Positions 11,515-23,496 are shown, numbered from the stretch's first letter. The stretch is DNA of 64,000 bases from Hyphochytrium catenoides (GCA_900088475.1 FLMG01002090.1:1-64000); one strand, 5' to 3'. Translations and numbers: made by a program. The notes: a model not told the origin generated them from the letters alone.

Positions 11515-11596
11515 GTATTGTCAACGCTGGCTCTCCTTGAAATCTTTTGTTTGTAGGTATTGTCAACGCTGGCTCTCCTTGCAATCTTTTTGTTTG
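11515..11596. repeat. Tandem duplication of a ~42-bp unit just 3' of the LRR gene
   Basis: gtattgtcaacgctggctctccttg(a/c)aatctttt(t)gtttg occurs at 11515 and 11557. Confidence 0.9.
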
Positions 11597-11728
11597 CCAT
11601 TCGTAGTTCCCCGCCGTAGCTTATGAGGTAGAAAGCGTTTTGAGTTCACTGCCCTATATGGGTACATCTAAGAAAAGTTTAATAGTTAACCATAGCTAGC
11701 GCCGCATATGGATCAAGTAGTAAATCTT

Positions 11729-12380
11729 CTAAAGCAGCGTCTCAAAGTAGCCTCCCTCGATGCCATGATGGTCGGCCATAGGCGTTCCTCCTCCGTCTTT
11801 ACCGCTTTCATCAGCAGCCAGATCACTGACAAGAGATACTGTTGCTTGTAGACCAATTTCATCGGTGCCTTGACTCATACTTGACTTTGGAGAGTTGGTC
11901 GTGACAATAGGGTTGCTAGGTAGCGGTTGCTTCACCACTACGCCACGACGGCGTATCTCAGTGTACACGACCACACTGAGCTTCACCGTCGCGCCCAAAA
12001 GTAAAAACGTTGTTATTGTCGCGGTTACGGGATCACCGTCGCCTTTGCCATATTGGAGCGCGATGGCTAAAATTCCAAAGACACACTTCAATGTGGTAGC
12101 GATCTTCTCAAAGCAGCCGTCCCTTTCGTGGTGATGGGCATCACAGCCAATCTTCTTTGGACCATATTGCAATGTGTCAACCCGCATAAGGTAGAAAAGG
12201 TACTATATAATGACCTTGAATCCGAGATCTCTTCGAGCCGACTCTGCCTGTGAGTCCGTGCCTGTAGTCTTCAATATATGATTCTTGTCCTTCACCCAGC
12301 TCAGAACTTGCGAAGTGAGCTCGGTTGGACATCTTGCCCCAGCTACAAAAGCAACAGCAAGCAGGTAGCTCGGTCTTCAT
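11729..12380 (-). pseudogene. Small two-TM protein, possibly frameshifted (ORFs 12177-12380 and 11729-12187)
   Basis: Two overlapping same-strand ORFs. The second has two hydrophobic segments (CVFGILAIAL; TITTFLLLGATVKLSVVVY). No recognisable family. Confidence 0.3.
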
Positions 12381-12450
12381 CTTCCTCCAGTGTCAAGGGA
12401 GTCTGTGGTGCACTTTGAGTGAACTTTGATTTATGAATGTCTGCTGCTTG

Positions 12451-12510
12451 TTTGCGTCTTTTTGCGTCTATCTACATTTTTCTGCGTCTTTCTGCGTCTT
12501 TCTGCGTCTC
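12451..12510. repeat. 10-bp minisatellite (T[T/C]TGCGTCTT), about 5 copies with one interruption
   Basis: tttgcgtctt tttgcgtcta ... tctgcgtctt tctgcgtctt tctgcgtctc. Confidence 0.85.
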
Positions 12511-13257
12511 ATCTTCTCGAGGATGCTGTTTGATTGTGATGATTTCTTGGACTTGGTAATCTATCCTAAACGAAAGGGGCATCAACAGCTCTGGTTATTT
12601 TTACCCTTGAAGAGGTTTGATTTAGACTAAGCAATCTTTGATATTTGGAAGGGAGAATGGTTGTCTTTCTATCTATTGCATTTCGCGGTCAGAAGGAGGA
12701 GGAAAGGCGAACTTCTTAGTTCTATAGGACTGGTGGGCCATTCTCAACTTTGCCAAACATGTTCAAAAAGACAGAGAGGAAGAGAAAGCATGAATACCTT
12801 TCATCTCTCTGTAAGGTCATTGGAGAGGAGGGATTGCTGTCTCCTTGATTGCCCCACAGTTGCTCTTTCATCGGTCAATGCCTGGCCCTAGTAGAATCCG
12901 GGTGAGTGAGGTTCTAATTACGCTCTTCTTTTCTTTTTGGCCTATTATTAGTTTAGTTCTTTTAGCGTCGTACATATTTGCATCTCTTCATTTTCTTCGA
13001 ACGGTAGTCGATTATTATTATATTATACACTCCTTTCTAATTTCTAGCCGAGCAAAAAGGCTGCTATCAGAGACGGGCCATCGGGTAGACCTTTCCGCTA
13101 CGGTGAATCCAGTGGCCACGGGAGAGAGCGCTACGTCTTACCCGCCGCGTCAAGCTCATTATCTATATCATGAACAGTATGAGAGGAGGAGAATGCCTGA
13201 CTGGGGTAAGAAAAACGTGCAACAACGTGCGACGCGTCTTGCAGCTTGGAATAGCGT

Positions 13258-13836
13258 TCAGAGCATTGAATTCGGGGCATCAAAATCCGACACCTTTCTT
13301 CCAGTGGAACTTCTTCCTCCTTGGATCATTGATAGCGAGAAGTCCGCGTTGTTCTTTGTCGTCTCGAAGAAGAGCTGACTGAGGAAGCAGTTGACCTCTT
13401 TAAAATTTTTGAGCTCTGCTAGATTTATACGAGTTGTATTATGGTATCTTAAAAATAGAACTAGCAAGTGCTTCAGCCGCTGCAAACCTCCTGAAACTGT
13501 GGAGCTAATCGATCTTGCCCTCGCAAATCTCTGTTAGGACTGTGAGTTGTATCCGGTATATAGTCCCTGGTCACTCTTCCTCTTATCTGTCTGGTGCTCT
13601 TCTTGCTCATCAGCGCTATTGCAACTTTCGTCACTTTCCTTATGTTGTCCTTGTCTAGTCCTCTTCCTCTTGTATCTCAGTTCTCGTTATCACCCGTTCG
13701 TCGCTCTATTTAGCCGTTCAAAGAGGAAGACCTTGACCGCTAGGCGATACTCCTCTTGCTCTTTGTTCTATCTTCTTTCACTCTGATGCAAGGAGTAGAG
13801 TATGGCTAGGAAGTTTTGCTGGTGGAACAACCAGCT
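13258..13836 (-). pseudogene. Possible decayed ORF
   Basis: One frame reads protein-like over ~190 codons, broken by TAG (13770), TGA/TAA (13692/13689) and TAA (13536). No family recognised. Confidence 0.25.
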
Positions 13837-14724
13837 GTTGCTCCTGCCACTACTACTTTGACGACTACTTCTACTACTGTTACTTCTTTTTTTGTCTCTA
13901 GTCATTCTGCAAAGTGTACACCAAAGAAGAATGGCCTCTTCCCCATCTTCTCACCAACGAACACCGCGGCCCTCAGGAGAACTATGCGGTGATGACCAAC
14001 TTAACGGTGATGACGACAATTAGAAGATTAAGTGAGGAAAGGGAAAGAGAAGGTATCTCATATCATCAATCAGTAGTGATATCAGCACTGGCACCTTAGT
14101 TGGTTGGTTAAATATCAAGAAGCCCATCACGCTCGCCTTTATGAGGCGCTTAAGACAGGTGCTGCTTCTAATGGCTGATCATAATAGGAGTCTCCTGGCG
14201 CCAGAAGAGTAAAAGCATGAGACGACACAGCGGCCATTAGGTGATGTCGCAATAACTAATAAGAACTGTGCTTGACTTCAGCGCACTTCGACTTCTGCGC
14301 CAACCGTTTTCAGCGGTCCTAGCTTTATGAGCGACCATCTCAATTGCCATAAACAGGGTTCTGAGGTGGAGGCCGCCTACTCTACGGCAACAGCTGCAGC
14401 TGCCCTTCGCTAGTGTGATCACAGTGCTTGCAACTCATCATTATTTTTTTGTATAGCAAATGTATGGGCATCTCTATTCCCCAATGAGGTAATGCAGTTT
14501 TGTGCCGTTGGAGAGTTGGCTACACTTGGAGAGCGCACAGCAGACTTGGAGGATCTCCACACCAAATGTCGGGACAGCATAACCCTAAGCAGGAGGTACT
14601 CCGGAGTCAGCGCTTTCATAGGAAGACCAGCTGAGCTTCATAATAGAAGGGCTCGAGCTGCAGAATTTCTGGAGCTTCAGCTGGCCTTCTGATCTGTCAT
14701 AATGACATGACAAGGGACTGCTGG

Positions 14725-15045
14725 ATAGTTACAGTAGCAGGGCGGTAGGTCCAATTCACTGTTACAATAATTCCCCAAGTAACAAGTATTCCTTCCTGTT
14801 ACAGTACTTGTACCTGTCACTTACCCACCTACGATCCCCCAGTTCAGTTCCCCCTCTCCCCACCTCTAAAGACAAAACGTTGTTGTAAAAGTACCGACGC
14901 CACAGAGGTGCGTATATGGCAGGTACAAGTACTACAAGTACTTACACCCCCACTGACGCAAGTACAGCTATTGGTCTACTATTCATCACTCCACTTATTC
15001 AAGTCACCCCAACTAACAACTAAACAGAGTACTTGGTACTTAGCC
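14725..15045. mobile_element. Possible DNA-transposon end or MITE relic
   Basis: Perfect 14-bp inverted repeat (agtacttgtacctg 14803-14816; caggtacaagtact 14920-14933) among several CAAGTA/GTTAC motifs. Confidence 0.35.
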
Positions 15046-18000
15046 ATAGCAAGATGTAGCCTTATCTAACAGCAGCTGCACGCGTACGACGCACAATCCC
15101 CACAACTACTTTTTTGGCGGCGGAGATTTGGTCATCGAAGCGGCTCTGAGCCTCAGAAAATAGAGTTCCAGAGACCGAAGACCAGACACGCAGATCCAGA
15201 GATCCAATGAAGATCCAGCAGAGACAGGGTAGGCAGGCAAGGTGGGACGCAGCGATGCTGAGGTGCCCCAGGACAAGGTGGGACAATCAAGGTGTTGTCT
15301 GCTTCCTCTTCCTTGACCAGTCATCTTGTTAGTTGACCTTGACAACCGTGACGTTGTTTGTCTATTGATTTGGCTGGGTTGGTGGGCGATACAACAAGTT
15401 GAAGAGATAAGAAGCATTAATGATAGCGACCTGACCTTCAGGTGTGAAAGGAAGAATAGTGGAGATAAGAGCGGAGGCTAAGGCCAGGTGTCCAATAGCC
15501 GTCAGTGACTCTGCGATGCCGAGAAGCGGACGTGAGAGCACATCATATCAGTGCAGCTGCAATGAACCTTACTGCCTACAAACCATGATAATAGTGCTTC
15601 CTGCATCCGTCGTTGAAGTAGAGTGAGGACGTCTACCGAATCGTCCTCCTCTTCCTTCTTGCCAGCTGCAAGTCCCTTTCTTTTCATCATACTGCCTGCA
15701 AACTCCTTCTTCTTCGCTTCTCTTCTTGCTCCGATCCCGCAACTGCAAGGTGGAGAGATGTGTCGCTTGTTGCTGGTCTTGTTGCCCATCATCCTGCCCT
15801 TAGTATTGTCTCCTTGATATCTCCGTGGTCTTGGGGCTGGGGGCGAGCCATCGTTGGAATAGCACGGCGGTAGTTGTCCTTCCTGGTTTGATAAGGCTTG
15901 CATCTCCATGTATTAGCTGGTCACATTGGCAGCCAACAACGGGCTTGATTCTGCCCCAACAGGTCATCGATCAGAGACCCATGACAGGGACCATGGATGG
16001 AAGATACTGGCTGCCCCATCTCTTACTTGGCACCTACTACTTTTGCAGCTCTTCGCTTGACAGAAGACAAGTGAGGCGCGAAGTAACCCTTATCATGATA
16101 GTAACCGACGAGTGACAAGTTGCCTTGGAAGAGAGGAGAGGAATAAAACCATTTGTGGTTGTTCTTCTTTCTTCCTGACCGACCGACCTTAGAAAGTTGT
16201 GCTTGACTAGGGAAGCAGCCTTGAGACAAGGGCAGGCTAGGATCGATGGTAACAAGCTCAATTCCGCGCTTCTAAATTAGCCCTCGCACGTTTCTGACAA
16301 CAAGGGCAAGACCGACCTTGGGAGGAGGGAGGAGGAGCATTCAGCAAGACGTTTCTGTTCTTGCACTTTGGCGGTTGGTAAGTGAGTGGCTGAGGGCGAA
16401 AACTTGTTAGCCAATTTCCGCTTTCTTCTTAGTGCGTCGTGCTTCCAAAGAGCACATACTTCGAAAGGAATGTGAGGCAGGAATGAGGTGAGAGACCAGG
16501 AGACAAACATCATCGGAAGCAGAGAGAAGAGGCGAGGCGAGGCCGAGTGGCAAGAGTTGACTAAAGGAGGTAGGAAACAGCGCAGAAGCACGAAGAGACA
16601 ATGTCACAGAAAGCAGAAAAAGGGAGACCCAAGTCTTCCTTTCCGACCTACAGCTACGGAAGAAAAGAGGCACTCGCCGACCCTCGTAGGGCCAGGGAGA
16701 GACGTGCCCGTACTAATCAAAAGAAAGAGGCGTTAGAGGGACTAATGAAGAATTAGAGGAGCAAAAGAAGACATCGAGGTACTGTCACACCTGAGACATC
16801 GGCACACATCCATTGCTGTCGAAGAGTTGGGATGACGGACCTTGTGACGCTGTGAGAGACGAAGGAGGAGGACACCAACAAGAGAGCCGTATCGAGAAGA
16901 GAAGAGCGTGAGAGAAGAAAGCTCTCTCCCAAGAGTCCGTCGTCCTCGGCAGGGGTCGATGATGCTGGACCATCAGCCTTCCACTTGCGCTGCTCCTCCA
17001 ATGTCCAAGACACAGATAAATCTGGAAACTATCTAGGGCAATCCAGCGCTGGCACACCCAGTTACTCTTGAGGATCGCTGTCTCGTCCTGCTTGCTCGTC
17101 TGTCCTTGCTTCTTGTTGCTCGACCCGCGGTGCCTTTCTTACCCTAGTGTCGGCACGTCTCTTCTCGTCTTCGTCTGCCCACTATCTCTTGCTCCCTGTC
17201 TCTGTCTTTCCATCTAGATTTCAAGACATACACCTACACGGGAAGAAATCCACTGGCAAGACTTTACTCGTCGAATGGCAATCTCTATCTCTATCTCTTT
17301 CTCTCTCTTTGCCTCAGAGGCACCAACAGGACAAGCTCCATTTGGTCTTTCTTCTGCCTCCCGGTTGCAGGAGGCGGCGGCCCCGTGACCATTCCTCTTC
17401 TCTCTTTTCTCCCTTGTTCCTGTTGCTGTCCATTCTCTCTTGATCTTTTCGGATTCTTCTTGGCCCTTCCTAGTGGATATATCCAGAGCCCCAGAGCCAA
17501 CTATCAAGCAGCAGCAAAGGCCGGGAGTCTCTCCTCTTCTCTTTGTCTTCGTTCGTCTTCTTTCTTCTCTTCCTACCTTTCACTTGTGCCATTGAAGAAG
17601 AACGAAGTTGAAGAGAAAGGCGGGCTTTAGGTGGCGATCTTGAACGGCAAATTGCAGAAGGTGCTCGCCACTACTTCTCGTCAGATCTTCTTGCTGCTGC
17701 TTCTGGGCTACTTTTGAGCTTTCTCTAGTTTAATATTTGTCTCCTTGTTCTTTTCTCTCGTGACTCAAGCTCGAACCCGTCTGTCACTCTCTTCACTCCT
17801 GCAGGTGGCCTTGTATCTTGCTTAAGATCCTGTCAGACAGACAGCGGCGGAGAAAGGAAAGAGAAGAAAAGTCAAGACAGCAGAAGGAAGGAAGAAGCAG
17901 CTCCTCTCTTCTCTTCTCCCGTGGCCATCACAAGTCCTGCTGCTACGCATCTCGTCTCTCCAACAGCTCATTTCCTAATCTTCCGACCAGAGAGAAGAAC

Positions 18001-18100
18001 AACGCTTGAGAAGACCGCCCAACAGCCGAACAACCAGCCCTGCGTGGAGGTTCTCTGTCTCTCGCTCTCTCTCTTCCACCGAGCAGCAGCGGTAAGCAAG

Positions 18101-20620
18101 ATGCAGCTCTCAACGATCACCAGCAGTCTCTTTCTCCTTTCAACGTCATCTCTCCTTTGGGAAGCGTCTCTCGGGCTGAATGACGGGGATGTCTCAAGGA
18201 TCTTCACCTATCTCTCCAGCGATGTAGGGCCTGAAGGCCGCCAGTCTGGAGGTTCCTACCGCTCAGGCACCACTGGCAAACAGCTTCCTCTCTCTTACTG
18301 GGCCTCCCGCGAATACTTTGGTGAGTATGTCTGCAAGAAAGAAGATTGCACTGTCTTGGACGTTTATAACCCGCAAACCTATGAGCTCTTCCCTTCGAAG
18401 ACGACGGAGAAGGGTGGAGAGCTGCAGATTGAGCGAGTGATGACGGTGACAGGGATCAACATCTATGACGCGGCATGCTTCCAGATCGCCACCTCTTTGG
18501 GGGCTGTAAACCACGCAGAGAAGAGAGAGACTCTCCTCTCTCTCTCCAAGAATGTGGACTCCTGGCTGACCGACGGGGTTGCCGGAGAGGAGCCTAACGG
18601 TGTCAAGCATAGCTGGCGTGCTCCTACCCGCTGGGATGGGCTCTTCCACTACGGCACCACGCCTATTAAGACGCCTAACAACGCTTATTTCTTCCGCGCT
18701 TGGCCTCGCCGTTGGCTGCAGTTTGACCCGTTCGCAGGGACGCAATATGAAAAGTATATCACGACGGACCTGTCAGGTGCTACGGATCCTGTCTATCAGA
18801 AGGGAAAGATGACCTGGGCGGACTTCAAGCCAATCACTGGGGAGAACTCGTGGGGCGTGTACCTTGGGCCCCTGCAGTCTATCTACCTGCGGGAGGTTGT
18901 CCTAGGAGGGAAGAAGTGCGTGGATCTCAGTGCTGACGCCGTCCGGAACGCTATCGATGTGCTGGTGGCGGTGAAGGCGATGCAATCTCCCTATGGAGCT
19001 GTGTACTACGCAGCCAGAGGATCTCTAGGGAACCAAGGAGACACGCCAGTGGACGTCGACTCCGTCTCTGTGGAGAACAACGCCTCGCTGTACGCGGGTT
19101 TGAAGGTCCTTCTCTCGCTCTTAGAGATGTTGCAAAAGAACAGCTGCCCTGTCGATGCGTCCCGCCTCTCTGCAGTGCAGAAAACCGTGACGGAGATCCT
19201 GCAGAATATGGAGAAGTTCTTCATTAACTACGCCTGGGATCCAACCACAAAGCTCATCCGTACGGGCGGCTATGCCAGAGCTTCTGGCTTTATCCCGTAT
19301 GATCTTAATGATCCGTCTAACCCGCAGGCTGTGGATGTCATCACATGGGGCATCTCCGCGCTATCTCCACGATTCTTTGAAGAATCCGTAGCCCGATCGG
19401 CTGGAGAATCTGTCCGTGTCTGGCAGAAGCTGAAGAAGATCTCTGGATATTTCTCCGCCTCTAGCGGTAAGTTTATGGGCGTGGGCTATAGCAGCTTGGA
19501 CGGGAACAAGATCTTGTCTGGAGAGTGGACCTTCGGCGCCATCAACTTCTTGAGGATGGTGAAAGCCTACTATGAGGAAGAGAAAGACAAAGTCGCAGAA
19601 TTGGCTGGCTATCTTCCTGAGATAGAGGAGGATATCGCTCTGATGCTGGCGGGAGTGGAGAATCTAAGGACAGACACGTATGCGACAGCTGGTGACGGGC
19701 TGGAGCAGGAGAGACCCGAGGGCTGGGGACAGCTCATCTCTCTGTCTTCCTCGAACCAACTTGCCTATCTCTATGCCTCCAAGAGGTACTTCATCCCCTT
19801 TGGATGGTATGCTAATCCTCTTCCCTCCACGGCCTCCACATCCTGGGCGCTGATGGTGCACTACGGCTTCAACCCTTTCAACCTGGGAGGATCTTACGGC
19901 TCTCCTTCCTCTTCTTCTCCATCTCCTCTCCCTTCTCCTACACCTGTTCCTACGACAGTCTCTCCTTCTGCCGCTCCATCCTCCGCTCCATCCTCTTCTC
20001 TTCCTCCATCTGCTCCCCCATCGCCTTCTCCTCCTAGCCCCGCACCATCGCCTAGCCCGCCGTCTCCCTCTCCTACACTCTCCCCTCCTTCTCCCATTCC
20101 GTCTCCCATTCCCTCTCCCACTCCCTCTCCTCCTTCGCCTACTCCGGTCGTGACTCCTGCTCCTCCTGCTCCAGAACAATGCCCAGGTTACTCTCAGACT
20201 ATCTCGGGCCTCTCGCTCTCTGGTGGTGACATTGGTAAAGCGTCTGCCTCCTCTTCCTCTGGCTGTTGCTCTCTTTGCACGGGCCCATGCGAGGCATTTA
20301 CTTGGTCCTCTGAGAACGGAGGAACGTGCTCTTTCAAGAGCTCTCAGGCAGGCATCTCTGTTCCAGTCACTGACGGTGCAGGAGAGAAGGTGACAGCTTT
20401 CAAGAGCGGGGTACTCTTCAGGAAGACCCTTCTTTCTGGCGAAGAGATGGAGAAGCTCTCCTCCTCCACTCCTACAGAGTGCCTGGCAACCTGTCGAGGA
20501 AGATCTGGATGCAAGGGCGCCACCTGGGACGCCTTCAGCACGGGGAACGTCTGCTGGTTGCTGAAGAGCGTAACAGGTGCGGCTCCAGGCGGAGAGACGC
20601 GCTTTTCGGGCTTTCCTTAG
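18101..20620 (+). CDS. Secreted protein: unclassified ~580-aa domain (putative six-hairpin glycosidase-like), Pro/Ser linker, two PAN/Apple domains; intronless
   Basis: ATG at 18101 gives signal peptide MQLSTITSSLFLLSTSSLLWEASLG. Globular domain ends ...YFIPFGWYANPLPSTASTSW..GFNPF. A ~90-aa P/S/T linker follows, then PAN motifs GCCSLCTGPCEAFTWSSENGGTCSFK and CLATCRGRSGCKGATW...CWLLK. Confidence 0.85.
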   Translation: MQLSTITSSLFLLSTSSLLWEASLGLNDGDVSRIFTYLSSDVGPEGRQSGGSYRSGTTGKQLPLSYWASREYFGEYVCKKEDCTVLDVYNPQTYELFPSKTTEKGGELQIERVMTVTGINIYDAACFQIATSLGAVNHAEKRETLLSLSKNVDSWLTDGVAGEEPNGVKHSWRAPTRWDGLFHYGTTPIKTPNNAYFFRAWPRRWLQFDPFAGTQYEKYITTDLSGATDPVYQKGKMTWADFKPITGENSWGVYLGPLQSIYLREVVLGGKKCVDLSADAVRNAIDVLVAVKAMQSPYGAVYYAARGSLGNQGDTPVDVDSVSVENNASLYAGLKVLLSLLEMLQKNSCPVDASRLSAVQKTVTEILQNMEKFFINYAWDPTTKLIRTGGYARASGFIPYDLNDPSNPQAVDVITWGISALSPRFFEESVARSAGESVRVWQKLKKISGYFSASSGKFMGVGYSSLDGNKILSGEWTFGAINFLRMVKAYYEEEKDKVAELAGYLPEIEEDIALMLAGVENLRTDTYATAGDGLEQERPEGWGQLISLSSSNQLAYLYASKRYFIPFGWYANPLPSTASTSWALMVHYGFNPFNLGGSYGSPSSSSPSPLPSPTPVPTTVSPSAAPSSAPSSSLPPSAPPSPSPPSPAPSPSPPSPSPTLSPPSPIPSPIPSPTPSPPSPTPVVTPAPPAPEQCPGYSQTISGLSLSGGDIGKASASSSSGCCSLCTGPCEAFTWSSENGGTCSFKSSQAGISVPVTDGAGEKVTAFKSGVLFRKTLLSGEEMEKLSSSTPTECLATCRGRSGCKGATWDAFSTGNVCWLLKSVTGAAPGGETRFSGFP

Positions 20621-21013
20621 GGGTTTTTACTTCGTGCCATGCTCGAGCTGGAAGCAGTTCTTCCAAGCTCTTTTAAGGTCCTTGTCCGTTCGTAAGATTC
20701 TATTAACTGAGAAGATAAGAAAAAGTCTTTAAGACTTGACTTTATTGAGTGTCCTGGTTGGCTGTCTGTGCCTTTGGAAAGAGAGAATCAGAGGATACGA
20801 GAGAAGAGAAGGCGTACTAGTAGGGAGAAGAGAAGAGGAAGGAGAGAGAAGAAAGAGAGAAAGACAAGGCATTAGTAGGAAGACATCGGAAGGCAATGGT
20901 AGGATTAGGGATGTGGGCGGCGATGTGGAGGCTACAATCAGACCCACAAGTTGGTTATTAATAGGCCAACAAGAAGAGGAGTTTTTCCCGTTTCTTTCTT
21001 TCTCTCTCCCTCT

Positions 21014-21058
<45 letters not shown>

Positions 21059-21141
21059 NNNNNNNNNNNNNNNNNNNNNNNNNNNNNNNNNNNNNNNNNN
21101 NNNNNNNNNNNNNNNNNNNNNNNNNNNNNNNNNNNNNNNNN
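21059..21141. other. Assembly gap (N run); other gaps at 22517-22600, 23723-23760 and 33321-33371
   Basis: N runs; the first two abut CT/GA microsatellites. Confidence 1.
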
Positions 21142-22091
21142 TAAGCGAAGCACTGGTACTCCAGGATCTCTCCTTTGAAGTAGGTAAACTTCTTGCCTGA
21201 AGGCAGAAGCCAGCTCACTTCCGCCTTGGATGGAAGAAGAAAGCCCTGGAAGTCTTTGTACTCCTTGCACAGCGCCTCCCAGGGCCGGAGAGAGAGAGAA
21301 CCGTCGGGTTCCGTAAAGTTTCTCTCTTCCGTCCACGCTTTGGAGATGAGCCCTCCCTCTCCCTTGAACTCTAAGATCACACTCGCCGTCACGCCGCTGA
21401 CTGTTAAGCTCACCTCAACATTCGTCTGGTCTCTCTCTTTCCACCGAAGAGAAGGAGAGAGAAGACAGAGAGAGGGATAGAAGACAATCTCTGCCAAGTA
21501 TCTCTGCAGCTCTCCCTGCATAAGCTCCTTCGAATGCTCCATCTTCGCGACAGGGAGAACGCCATAGACTCGTGCCTGCAGAGCAGCCTGCCCGTCAATA
21601 ATCCTGTCACACACCGTGACGGACAGGAAAGGACCCAGCATCCTCATCTTCGCTGTCCAGGAGAAAGCAGCGAGGGAGAGAGACACGAACTGAGAGGCTT
21701 CGAAGGGAACATATCTCTCTCCTTTCTCTCCTCCCTCTTTCATTGCAAAGAGTCCTCTCTGTGTGAAGTGCACGTAGCGGGAAGACATTGGATCTCTCCA
21801 TCCGTTTCTCTCCGGGCCCTCAGAAGAGGGAAGAACCCGCTCTAGATACCGCTGAACGAGCTTTGGGAGACAATTCATCCTCTCTTCCTTTCTCTTTCGT
21901 CTTCTCTCCGCTTCTTCTTCCTCTTCCAAGGAAGAGAGAGATGCCGGGGGTCCTTCTGGTGGGCTCTTTATGATGATCCATTCCTCTCCTTTCCTCAGCC
22001 ACTCTGCGTACCGTGTCTTCATGGTAAGCAAGAGTCCCGAGGAGCTGACGACTGCCACTGCGGCGGCAGAGAGTAAGACTGAGATCCACAT
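21141..22091 (-). CDS. DUF6544-like protein with N-terminal signal anchor; intronless
   Basis: Motifs LP..VQRYL, TQRG.F, F.ASQF, FSW.A, D...DG......GVLPV, GELQRYLAE..FYP, W...D, RPW...YK.F.G..LP.KAEV.W match my recollection of this mostly prokaryotic family. Probable stop TAN at the edge of the N gap (...CFA). Confidence 0.75.
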
Positions 22092-22196
22092 AGATACTTT
22101 TTGTCTCCTCTTCCTCTGAGGCTTTCCTTGCTACTTTGGTCTATTGCTTAGCTTATATATCTCCTTTAGCGGCTGCTTTTCTTCTCCTTTCTTTCT

Positions 22197-22238
<42 letters not shown>

Positions 22239-23496
22239 ATCTTCTTCTTTCCGTCTCTTTCTTCTTTGTTGTTCCTGCTGCTGCTGCTGCGTAGCTGACC
22301 AAATGCCATCGCATCTGTTCTGGCTGTTGATCCGGAAAATTGGTCAATGGAAGTCATCTTTTCCGTCGACTTCGTCCCCTTGCTTATTACTGCAGCAGCA
22401 GATAGACGAGGCCGTCTGGATGAGTCTCTGGAACCAGACAGAGAAGGTGATCTCATAAAAGAGGCGTGAGGTCAGCTGGTGAGAGGAACAGAGGAGAGAG
22501 AGGAGAGAGAGAGAGANNNNNNNNNNNNNNNNNNNNNNNNNNNNNNNNNNNNNNNNNNNNNNNNNNNNNNNNNNNNNNNNNNNNNNNNNNNNNNNNNNNN
22601 GAACTGAGCCTCACCACCTGATGTTTCCCCCCTGTCTCTGTGCCCTTTCATACAGCAGAATTCTGATGGACCCATAATACCTCAGCTAACCTGGATGGAT
22701 ACCCATATTCTTGATTCAAAGTTAGAACCTAGAACCTTTATAATGAGTGAATGCCTACGCTACGGCCTGTATGACCACGTACACAGCAGTACAGCTTCTT
22801 ACACCTACCCATATTCGCCATTGAAACCCGGGTCAATGAGCTGCTGCAGCATCCGCAGTGCTCAGGAGGACAAAGTGACTCTAGAACTCTAGAAAGAGGA
22901 AGCACTTCCTCCAGCCCGGGCTCCTGCTGCTCCTGGAGCTGGTGCTCACCACTCCTCCGAGCCGTCTATAACTAGCTCAATATATATATAGAGAGAGGAA
23001 GTGGCAGGTCAATCCTTTGGCTTCCACATTGACTGCTAGGTGGACTGCTGATGCTGCAGCATCAGAGCTGGTGAACAGCGGAGATGCACACTTTGCTCGC
23101 CATCTGCCTAATCTATTTCTAGAACAGATAACCAGGCATTTTTACTTTTGCATCTACTCGGCAATTCATTGGGACTCCGTAGTGGCCAAGTGGGGACGGC
23201 CCCCGCGGGCTGACGAAGAAGGTGTCAATAGATACGAGGGAAGATGAAGGACGAAGGAGAAAGACAGAGATCGCGGCCAGCAGGGGGACAAGGCGGGAAC
23301 ACGGTGGCGAAGGTCGAACGAGGGTAGGTAGTGTGGAGACTGAAAGAAAGTACTGCCATCAGTGCCAAAAGCTCTTCGTTATAATAGAGTTTTGTCAATG
23401 TGTGGAAAGACGCTCGTGGGGTCAGGGAACTATCAGCGGGCGGGGTCAGAAGAAGAGACAGAGGGAGAGAAGTGAGAGAGATATAGAGCTACGGAC

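Noticed and set aside
13258-17135. Idea that TAA/TAG encode Gln (ciliate-type code), given in-frame stops in decayed ORFs
   Set aside because: The paralogous kinases end at matching positions with TGA and TAA, and conserved exons lack internal TAA/TAG.
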